From a virus, in IMG/VR virus record IMGVR_UViG_3300020041_000257, positions 1 to 5,037 of that record: DNA of 5,037 bases. One strand, given 5' to 3'. Below are positions 1-5,018 of this stretch, piece by piece (the first letter of the stretch is position 1; each line of letters opens with the position of its first letter). A program made the translations under genes and the position numbers. The notes under the pieces were generated by a model. It saw only the letters and a program-made list of their open reading frames with translations. It made no database searches and had not been told where the DNA came from.

Positions 1-102
1 GTCAGCACCGCCAGAAAGGCATTGCTGAATCTTTCCAAGGTTGACAGAATCGCGCAGAAACGCAAATGTTGCATAATCCAAACGAATAACGTAAGTTGAC
101 AT
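1..102 (-). CDS. Duplicate copy of the first 34 codons of rep (same sequence as 4917..5018); not an independent gene
   Basis: ATG at 102..100 is preceded by AAAGGGGAG, identical to the 5016..5018 start region. On the circle the frame continues into the rep body upstream of 4917. Confidence 0.9.
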   Translation of the reverse strand, partial: MSTYVIRLDYATFAFLRDSVNLGKIQQCLSGGAD

Positions 103-121
103 AGCACATACTCCCCTTTCA
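1..121. repeat. Terminal direct repeat copy A, identical to 4917..5037; overlap from assembling a circular molecule
   Basis: Base-by-base comparison shows 1..121 equals 4917..5037 with no mismatch. The offset is 4916. The repeat lies inside the rep ORF plus its RBS, so it is not a discrete element. Confidence 0.95.
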
Positions 122-133
122 AACTCTACAGCT

Positions 134-162
134 ATGCTACCACGGGGCGGGGCTATTGTCAA
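134..162 (-). promoter_or_regulatory. Sigma70-type promoter for rep
   Basis: Minus strand reads TTGACA (162..157), a 17-nt spacer ATAGCCCCGCCCCGTGG, then TAGCAT (139..134). A TGn extended -10 is present and an A/T-rich block AATTAAAATAAAG lies upstream. The -10 is about 30 nt upstream of the rep ATG at 102. Confidence 0.6.
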
Positions 163-344
163 GGCTTTATTTTAATTGTGTCGGGGTATTACAGCCACCC
201 CGACAGGATGGCCGCCAGCAGGACAACGGAAGCCGCTGCTGCTCTGTTTTGGAAGGGCAAGGGCTTTGCCCTTGCAGGGACGGGGGACGCGGTGGGAGAC
301 GCTATCGCGTGACTAAACGTTGCAACTGCCAGCATAATTTTTCT
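163..344 (-). promoter_or_regulatory. Structured GC-rich intergenic region; candidate replication origin and Rep-binding region
   Basis: This is the only sizeable non-coding stretch. It holds an 8-bp hairpin TGTCGGGG/CCCCGACA at 179..205 with an 11-nt loop and an 8-bp hairpin GCAAGGGC-TTT-GCCCTTGC at 257..275. It also holds G-rich direct repeats GGGAC(G) at 277, GGGAC(G) at 284 and GGGAGAC(G) at 294, and the palindrome GTTGCAAC around 319..326. It sits between the last gene and the rep promoter, as the Ff intergenic region does. Confidence 0.4.
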
Positions 345-384
345 AAATAAAAACAACCCCCCTGACCCTAAAGGGCACGGGGGG
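345..384 (-). terminator. Rho-independent terminator after the assembly ATPase gene
   Basis: Minus strand reads CCCCCC (384..379), a 16-nt loop, GGGGGG (362..357), then TTGTTTTTATTT. The A-tract before the stem can extend the pairing. It starts 6 nt after the TAA at 393..391. Confidence 0.65.
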
Positions 385-390
385 AAGTTT

Positions 391-1014
391 TTATTTAGAA
401 GGGGTCTTGCTGATAACCTGCTCTGTATCGTATTCTAAAGCGCTAACCTGCTTCACGGACTTAGGGATAGTATACCACCTTGCCCGTCCTGCCTTGCGCA
501 CCGTATTAACTAACTCTTGACCGCCCTCGGGACGATGCTCCATAGCAATACACGAGCGATAAGGAGTGAGACGACAGAACCAGCCAAGGCGGTTACAAAG
601 GTAAATACGGTCGCAGAGGTCACGAATTTTCTTGTCAAAGTCCATAGTCTGAGACGATACAATAATCGTCAGGTGATACTTACGCTGCATTTTGAAAAAC
701 TCAACTGCATCTCGGGGCATAGTCTTAAAATCACGGTTAGAGTGCAAAACGCCTATCTCATCAATAAGAATAAGGGAATCAGGGACAAAGGTCTGTTTCC
801 AATATTCCGTCTCTAACTCATAACCAATACCCATATTGCTATAAATAAGCCCCTTATTAGCACGAAGCCACTTATCAGCAACACGAGACATATACAGAGA
901 CTTGCCAGAGCCTTTTGAACCAACAACAGCTTCAAGCTTGTAGGGATTTTTGCAATAGTTATCGATATAAACAAAAAGCCAGCAAATGCAAAAGAAAAGA
1001 ATACCATAAAGCAT
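391..1014 (-). CDS. Zot / pI-like P-loop NTPase, filamentous-phage assembly protein; N-terminal TM helix, 207 aa
   Basis: Walker A is VVGSKGSGKS and Walker B is LILIDEIG. The N-terminal hydrophobic helix is MLYGILFFCICWLFVYI. SD AAAGGA lies 9 nt upstream of the ATG. The gene sits last in a module of small hydrophobic proteins. Confidence 0.75.
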   Translation of the reverse strand: MLYGILFFCICWLFVYIDNYCKNPYKLEAVVGSKGSGKSLYMSRVADKWLRANKGLIYSNMGIGYELETEYWKQTFVPDSLILIDEIGVLHSNRDFKTMPRDAVEFFKMQRKYHLTIIVSSQTMDFDKKIRDLCDRIYLCNRLGWFCRLTPYRSCIAMEHRPEGGQELVNTVRKAGRARWYTIPKSVKQVSALEYDTEQVISKTPSK

Positions 1015-1033
1015 AACATAAAATCCTTTCTAA

Positions 1034-1079
1034 ATGAGAAAACGTCGCCGACCATTAAAATGGTCGGCGGCGTTTTCTC
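1034..1079 (-). terminator. Long hairpin with U-tract; intrinsic terminator after the putative major coat gene, possibly also a packaging signal
   Basis: Arm 1036..1056 pairs with arm 1059..1079: 21 bp, one mismatch, 2-nt apex. The GC-rich core is CGCCGCCGACCA/TGGTCGGCGACG. On the minus strand the 3' side runs TTTTCTCATTT. Confidence 0.6.
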
Positions 1080-1086
1080 TCAGCGT

Positions 1087-1215
1087 TTAACTACGGCCGG
1101 GAATCCAGCGGCGAAGGATACGGAGAACGATGCCCGCAATAGTGAGGATCACGAAGACAAGAAGAATGGGCTGAGACTCATAGAAATCAATGAGCTGACC
1201 CATCCAAGTAATCAT
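1087..1215 (-). CDS. 42-aa Pf3-like candidate major coat protein, MITWMGQLIDFYESQPILLVFVILTIAGIVLRILRRWIPGRS
   Basis: Hand translation gives an acidic N-terminus (D10, E13), a roughly 16-residue hydrophobic core and a C-terminus with 4 Arg. This is the classical pVIII charge layout. A strong terminator follows immediately, as after Ff gene VIII. The SD is weak (GGTGAG, 12 nt upstream), so the start is uncertain; M5 is an alternative. Confidence 0.5.
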   Translation of the reverse strand: MITWMGQLIDFYESQPILLVFVILTIAGIVLRILRRWIPGRS

Positions 1216-1313
1216 CGATGTGAAGAACTCACCGACCAAGGAAAGCAGCGTTGCGAGAATAGAAGAAGCGGCCTGAAGTCATCATCCTTTCATAGAAATA
1301 TTTATGGCACCTG

Positions 1314-1427
1314 TCACGGACGGAGCAGGAGGACCAACATAGAAAAAACAGCGGCGAAGATAATGAAAAAGCCAATTTCGGGAACAGAAAAGATACCGAA
1401 ACAATACTGTAAAGGAAGAAATTCCAT
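1314..1427 (-). CDS. 37-aa hydrophobic protein (pVII/pIX-like size), MEFLPLQYCFGIFSVPEIGFFIIFAAVFSMLVLLLRP
   Basis: The ATG overlaps the TAA stop of the 204-aa ORF (TAATG). It has a single TM-like segment. It is below the ORF-track length cutoff and was found by hand translation. Confidence 0.45.
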   Translation of the reverse strand: MEFLPLQYCFGIFSVPEIGFFIIFAAVFSMLVLLLRP

Positions 1428-2041
1428 TAGCTCATGCGCCCCCAAATCGCGTTTTTAATCCAAGTAACAGTAGTGATGAAAACAAGGACAACAAGCAAAG
1501 CAGAAACGCAAGCCTGCGGGTTGAGAACCTGAGATGTAGTAGTGGTATCTTCCTCATAAGGAAGTTGAATAAGGTGGGTCGCACTGTTATAGGAATACCT
1601 TTCAGAAGTATACCCGGACGTGTGCACCGTCTCAGAACGTTCAATAAAAAACGTGTCTCCGAACCAATCCATAATAGAAGTGAAACTATTAGAGACATTA
1701 GGGAGATTAGCATACAAAGCCGGAGTATCAGCGGCACGGTCATCATAAGCGGTCAAACTCCCCTCAAAAGGCAATTCTACTTCCTCCGGCACATAGCCGT
1801 CGCGGAGATCTGGAGATTCAGTAATATTCTGCGCGGGTTGCTCAGGAGAAGGAGCAGCTTCCGAGGGAGATTCAGCAGCGGCTTTAGCATTCATATCGGC
1901 GACAGCCTGCGCAGATGCCTTAAGATAGTCATACTGCTGGACGGTCATATCGCAATTACTACCATCTTTATATTGCACAGTGTAGACGGTAACGCCGTCA
2001 GAATCAACCCAAGTTTTGATAATAGCAGGGACTTCCATCAT
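1427..2041 (-). CDS. 204-aa hypothetical protein with a C-terminal TM anchor; candidate minor virion or assembly protein
   Basis: This ORF is in the supplied track. Its ATG overlaps the upstream stop (ATGA) and GGAGGTG lies 5 nt upstream. It has a Pro/Glu/Ala/Ser linker (AAAESPSEAAPSPEQPAQ) and a C-terminal helix ACVSALLVVLVFITTVTWI. I recognise no family match. Confidence 0.7.
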   Translation of the reverse strand: MMEVPAIIKTWVDSDGVTVYTVQYKDGSNCDMTVQQYDYLKASAQAVADMNAKAAAESPSEAAPSPEQPAQNITESPDLRDGYVPEEVELPFEGSLTAYDDRAADTPALYANLPNVSNSFTSIMDWFGDTFFIERSETVHTSGYTSERYSYNSATHLIQLPYEEDTTTTSQVLNPQACVSALLVVLVFITTVTWIKNAIWGRMS

Positions 2042-2205
2042 TCATCACCTCCATCCCAAAGGCCACGGAAAACAAAGCCAACAAGCGAAAGCAGAAGACA
2101 AACAAGAACGAAGTGACCAAAGGTACCGAAACCGAAAAAAGAAAGATTCAAAATATTTGCGATAAAAGATGTTACAACACCGAGAGCCGAGACAAAGTCT
2201 ACCAT
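2038..2205 (-). CDS. 55-aa two-helix hydrophobic protein, MVDFVSALGVVTSFIANILNLSFFGFGTFGHFVLVCLLLSLVGFVFRGLWDGGDE
   Basis: Found by hand translation. SD AAAGGA lies 9 nt upstream. The start overlaps the stop of the 43-aa ORF (ATGGTAG), and its stop overlaps the next ATG (ATGA). Confidence 0.5.
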   Translation of the reverse strand: MVDFVSALGVVTSFIANILNLSFFGFGTFGHFVLVCLLLSLVGFVFRGLWDGGDE

Positions 2206-2330
2206 GGCAACCAATCCTTTACGAATTTATAAATACCAAGCGCGACGAGAAAAACGACAACGGCGATAACAAGCGCACCACCGGAACCAAGAAGACGAAA
2301 AACCTCTTTGAAAAAGTCAATAAAAGTCAT
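2199..2330 (-). CDS. 43-aa single-TM protein, alternative coat candidate, MTFIDFFKEVFRLLGSGGALVIAVVVFLVALGIYKFVKDWLPW
   Basis: Found by hand translation. Its ATG overlaps the TGA of the 386-aa ORF (ATGA) and GAAAGG lies 10 nt upstream. It has an acidic N-terminal part, the hydrophobic core GALVIAVVVFLVALGIY and a C-terminus carrying K36 and K39. Confidence 0.5.
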   Translation of the reverse strand: MTFIDFFKEVFRLLGSGGALVIAVVVFLVALGIYKFVKDWLPW

Positions 2331-3487
2331 CCGTCAACCGCCTTTCGTATCAACATACGGAGCACAACGGCACCGAAAACCATGAGAGAAACTATGAAGA
2401 GGAACCCGCTAAGATTCTGAAACAAGGCATTGAGAGCTGAAATAGAGGTCGATGCAACGTCAGTATCAACAGTTTCAGTATCGTTCCAGCCCTCAATAGT
2501 AGCCTTATCTGTTTTGACATGACCAGACGCTTCAGGGAACTGTTTGAGAAGTTCGTCGCGGATATTCTCAAAAGCATCATTATTAGAGGGGAACTCGTCA
2601 CCAACAGAAAGCCCAGGTGGCAGCTTATTAGCATCAATCCAATAAGATACAACAGCAGTAGCTTCAAGACGATACTTTCCAGGAGTAGAAGGAGTGTGCC
2701 AAGATGGATAGGAAACAAAGAGAATAAGAGAATCAGAAGAGGCGTTATAAAGGACGGACATGCTACGAAGAGAAAAATTAAGGGTCTCATTCGCACTAGA
2801 ATAATACTCATTAAACCCCATAATTATTTGGGAGAAAGATTCAATAGCCTGTGTTCCAGACTGATTAAGGTTAGAGGATATATTAGGAAAACGAATACCA
2901 TTAGCAAGGGAACGAGAAGTACTAGAACCGGAAGTCGTTTCAACCACAGACATAGTATCAACAGGATACAATATAATATCCTGAGACAAAGTCATAGCAG
3001 AGGAAGTATAGGAACGAGAAACAGAAAAACCATACTCAGGATTCACTAAAAGAAACTCAAGGGTACCGGAAAGGGTTTCGCCACTAGTATAAGAAGAGCC
3101 AGAAGTGCGACGCCATTCAACAACACGAGGGGAATCAACCTGAATATAAGAGCGAGAACCAAGAGGAACAGGAGCGCGCCACCAATCGGGGTAATTTACA
3201 GGAAGAGACCACCAATCATAATAGCTACCAGAAACAGTAGATTGAATCGAAGAAGATTCAGTAATAAAGCGAGTACGATAAAGCTCACCATTGACATATG
3301 GAGAGACATGGAAATAAGTAGACTGTGTTCCAGATTCATTTGCCAACTGTTTCTGCTCAGTAATGACCCATTTTTGAGAAGCAGCATTGTTTGAAGCAAA
3401 ACAAGGCACACATAGAGACGCACAAAGCATCAGTGCCGAGAGAAGGGCGGCGAAGCGCTTATAAAAAAACCGATGCTTAATATTCAC
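2327..3487 (-). CDS. 386-aa secreted, C-terminally membrane-anchored protein; pIII-like adsorption / minor coat candidate
   Basis: GTG start with AAAGGG 9 nt upstream. The signal peptide is MNIKHRFFYKRFAALLSALMLCASLCVPCFA|SN. The ectodomain is Ser/Thr-rich. The C-terminal TM plus basic tail is LSGFLFIVSLMVFGAVVLRMLIRKAVDG. The architecture matches pIII, but I can assert no sequence homology. Confidence 0.65.
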   Translation of the reverse strand: MNIKHRFFYKRFAALLSALMLCASLCVPCFASNNAASQKWVITEQKQLANESGTQSTYFHVSPYVNGELYRTRFITESSSIQSTVSGSYYDWWSLPVNYPDWWRAPVPLGSRSYIQVDSPRVVEWRRTSGSSYTSGETLSGTLEFLLVNPEYGFSVSRSYTSSAMTLSQDIILYPVDTMSVVETTSGSSTSRSLANGIRFPNISSNLNQSGTQAIESFSQIIMGFNEYYSSANETLNFSLRSMSVLYNASSDSLILFVSYPSWHTPSTPGKYRLEATAVVSYWIDANKLPPGLSVGDEFPSNNDAFENIRDELLKQFPEASGHVKTDKATIEGWNDTETVDTDVASTSISALNALFQNLSGFLFIVSLMVFGAVVLRMLIRKAVDG

Positions 3488-3535
3488 TTCACCACACCCT
3501 TTCTCGACATCGAATAACGGAGGTCAAGTCCGTTT

Positions 3536-3609
3536 TGGTTGCGGGGTCTGGATTCGAACCAGCAGTTCCACATTCAGAGTGTGGCGTGCTACCATTGCAC
3601 CACCCCGCC
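3536..3609 (-). tRNA. tRNA-Gln, anticodon CUG, 74 nt with encoded CCA
   Basis: Minus strand reads GGCGGGG TG GTGC AATGGTA GCAC G CCACA CTCTGAA TGTGG AACT GCTGG TTCGAAT CCAGA CCCCGCA A CCA. U8, A14, G18G19, A21, U33, the T54-loop TTCGAAT and G53-C61 are all present. The anticodon loop is C-U-CUG-A-A. G1.A72 and G49.A65 are mismatched. Confidence 0.8.
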
Positions 3610-3646
3610 ATAGGCCGCAGAAGCGGCCAGAGAGATTGAAAGAGAT

Positions 3647-3675
3647 ATGTTATTGTTAGAGTTTTTCAATGCCAA
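3647..3675 (-). promoter_or_regulatory. Possible internal promoter upstream of the tRNA and structural module
   Basis: Minus strand reads TTGGCA (3675..3670), a 17-nt spacer, then TAACAT (3652..3647). It overlaps the 3' end of the SSB gene. The match is 5/6 and 4/6 to consensus, so support is weak. Confidence 0.3.
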
Positions 3676-3898
3676 GGAGATACCCGTTGCGATCAAAATT
3701 GAGATCGTACGTAGCACCAACTTCAACCAGCGCAAAAGGCATCATAGTGGCGTTAACATTGATTCTATCAACCGAAACGCCCGCGTTATCATCGTTTGCA
3801 CGCATGTCAAACTCGGCCATAATGGTCGTAAAATCATAGTCTTTACCAGCTTTGGACTTACCAGCACGGCGGGATTTACCGACTACCAAAATCCGCAT
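3656..3898 (-). CDS. 80-aa gene-V-like ssDNA-binding protein (candidate)
   Basis: It lies immediately downstream of rep and overlaps it by 23 nt. AAGGAG lies 10 nt upstream. Its size is typical of G5P. The segment GKSRRAGKSKAGKDYDF resembles the M13 gVp DNA-binding wing TRSGVSRQGKPYS. The assignment rests on position, size and this loose motif resemblance. Confidence 0.55.
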   Translation of the reverse strand: MRILVVGKSRRAGKSKAGKDYDFTTIMAEFDMRANDDNAGVSVDRINVNATMMPFALVEVGATYDLNFDRNGYLLGIEKL

Positions 3899-5018
3899 AT
3901 GTTCGGAACTCCTTTCCTTTTAGAATATCTATTTCTTCAAACTCTCCATTCTCTGACCACGGGGAGTAAGAATCGGCAGGAAGATCTACAAATTCATCAA
4001 GAGCTTGGTCATGGAAATAAACAGAGAATCCAATATCCAGACCGAACTTTTCACGAGCAGCATCACGGCAAATCGCGAGAAGACGCTCATCGCGAAGGAT
4101 ATAGGGAATGTAGCAACCATAATGAGAAGCAGCATACTCAAGAGACTTATCGAAGCTGTACGGGGCGCAGTACTTACGCGCAGAGACGTTTGCAAAAACG
4201 ACATCGGAATAAGGGGATGCGATATCCTCGACAGGGTGCAAGTTAAGGACGGAAATATCGGTGACAAACTCAGCATTTTCGAAGTCATCCGGAAGCATAA
4301 CATCCGAGCCGAAAGACAGCCAAGAATCACGGACATATCGAGAAAGAAATTCAGAATCAGAATAATACCAGTCAAAAAGCGGAGAAGGGTCAGAATAAGC
4401 CTTTTGACCGCGTAACCAGCGACTTTTCCACGAGGATTCAATCTCATAACGAATGACGCATTCATCATCGGCAACAGGAGTTATAGAGCCGTCAGGAGAG
4501 ACGAATTCATAAGAGGGAGACTGTAAAGACTTGTTATAGACACGGAAATATCGAGGACTATTACGAGAGCCAATATATACGGTCATAGCCTCGCCAGAGC
4601 CTTGAAGAAGGAACTTTTTCCGCTGACGCTGGTTTTCCATGGAATAGGTGAAACAATTTGCGAGGTAAGAACGCCACGCAGAACGCTGCATAATCACATC
4701 AAAACAAAGGTCAATACGGCGGAAATGAGCCTGTTGTCCGGCATCGCGCATGACCTTGGCCAAACAAGGCAAAGTCTCGCGAAAATGCTCACATCCAACG
4801 CCGGAAACCTGCAAAATATGCGGATTCTCAGTAGAGCCGGATTCGGGCTTATAATACAATCCGTAAGGGGATTGAAGAGGGGAATTTATAGAGTTGCCGA
4901 ACTGACGAAAACCAAGGTCAGCACCGCCAGAAAGGCATTGCTGAATCTTTCCAAGGTTGACAGAATCGCGCAGAAACGCAAATGTTGCATAATCCAAACG
5001 AATAACGTAAGTTGACAT
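3876..5018 (-). CDS. Rolling-circle replication initiation protein, Rep_trans (PF02486-like; family of CTXphi RstA)
   Basis: The N-terminal motif is VIRLDYATFAF. RIDLCFD and MTVYIGSRNSPRYFRVYNK match the conserved R-x-D-x-x-x-D and T-x-Y-x-G-S-R...R-x-Y-x-K blocks of this family as I recall them. SD AAAGGGGAG lies 8 nt upstream of the ATG. Confidence 0.75.
   Translation of the reverse strand: MSTYVIRLDYATFAFLRDSVNLGKIQQCLSGGADLGFRQFGNSINSPLQSPYGLYYKPESGSTENPHILQVSGVGCEHFRETLPCLAKVMRDAGQQAHFRRIDLCFDVIMQRSAWRSYLANCFTYSMENQRQRKKFLLQGSGEAMTVYIGSRNSPRYFRVYNKSLQSPSYEFVSPDGSITPVADDECVIRYEIESSWKSRWLRGQKAYSDPSPLFDWYYSDSEFLSRYVRDSWLSFGSDVMLPDDFENAEFVTDISVLNLHPVEDIASPYSDVVFANVSARKYCAPYSFDKSLEYAASHYGCYIPYILRDERLLAICRDAAREKFGLDIGFSVYFHDQALDEFVDLPADSYSPWSENGEFEEIDILKGKEFRTYADFGSR

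Noticed and set aside
41-46. Additional TTGACA hexamers (plus strand 41..46; minus strand 638..633) as promoters
   Set aside because: No acceptable -10 hexamer lies 16-18 nt downstream in either case, and both sit inside coding sequence.
1-121. Terminal repeat interpreted as a biological LTR/ITR, IS end or physical terminal redundancy
   Set aside because: The repeat is direct and exact. It begins in the middle of the rep coding sequence and ends 19 nt upstream of the rep start codon (its RBS lies inside the repeat), with no element boundaries. An ssDNA rolling-circle replicon has no physical ends. An assembly overlap of a circle is the simplest explanation.
156-350. 64-aa plus-strand ORF (MSRLYFNCVGVLQPPRQDG...) inside the intergenic region
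   Set aside because: It has a TTG start and no SD. Its Arg/Gly/Cys-rich low-complexity product comes from reading through GC-rich hairpins. It lies antisense to the promoter and terminator signals and on the opposite strand to every supported gene.
813-1055. 80-aa hydrophobic minus-strand ORF overlapping the 5' third of the ATPase gene in another frame
   Set aside because: Its annotated start lies inside the terminator hairpin. Its hydrophobicity is what a T-rich strand read out of frame would produce. The overlapped frame carries the genuine Walker A motif. An internal ATG at about 1020 does sit 4 nt after AAAGGA, so a small overlapping membrane protein cannot be fully excluded.
3488-3535. 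TTGACC downstream of the tRNA as a promoter for the structural operon
   Set aside because: The sequence 16-18 nt downstream (GAGAAA/AGAAAG/GAAAGG) has no -10 character. TTGACC is the loop of the AACGGA/TCCGTT hairpin.
3541-3608. Alternative tRNA fold with a perfect 7-bp acceptor stem (GCGGGGT/ACCCCGC), 68 nt
   Set aside because: It leaves only one nucleotide between the acceptor and D stems (no U8), gives a 4-bp T stem and has no CCA. Shifting by one base restores U8, a 5-position T stem and an encoded A73-CCA, at the cost of G1.A72 and G49.A65 mismatches.
3629-3660. Second dif-like motif (ATATGTTATTG) between ssb and the tRNA
   Set aside because: Only about 7 of 11 positions match an XerD arm, there is no TTATGT core and no convincing partner arm lies at 6-nt spacing.
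1432-4474. Alternative-frame minus-strand ORFs at 1432..1746, 2392..2811, 3196..3423 and 3986..4474
   Set aside because: Each is fully nested inside a longer ORF that has better features (signal peptide, TM anchor or Rep motifs). Their Leu/Ser/Ile-rich composition is typical of off-frame reading of T-rich sequence.
517-5015. Plus-strand ORFs at 517..816, 1060..1458, 1565..2116, 2169..2420, 2519..3049, 3647..4246, 4005..4415 and 4602..5015
   Set aside because: All are antisense shadows of well-supported minus-strand genes. Their products are K/R/E/N/T-rich low complexity because the plus strand is purine-rich. I saw no SD motifs and no recognisable domains. One of them runs straight through the 1036..1079 hairpin.
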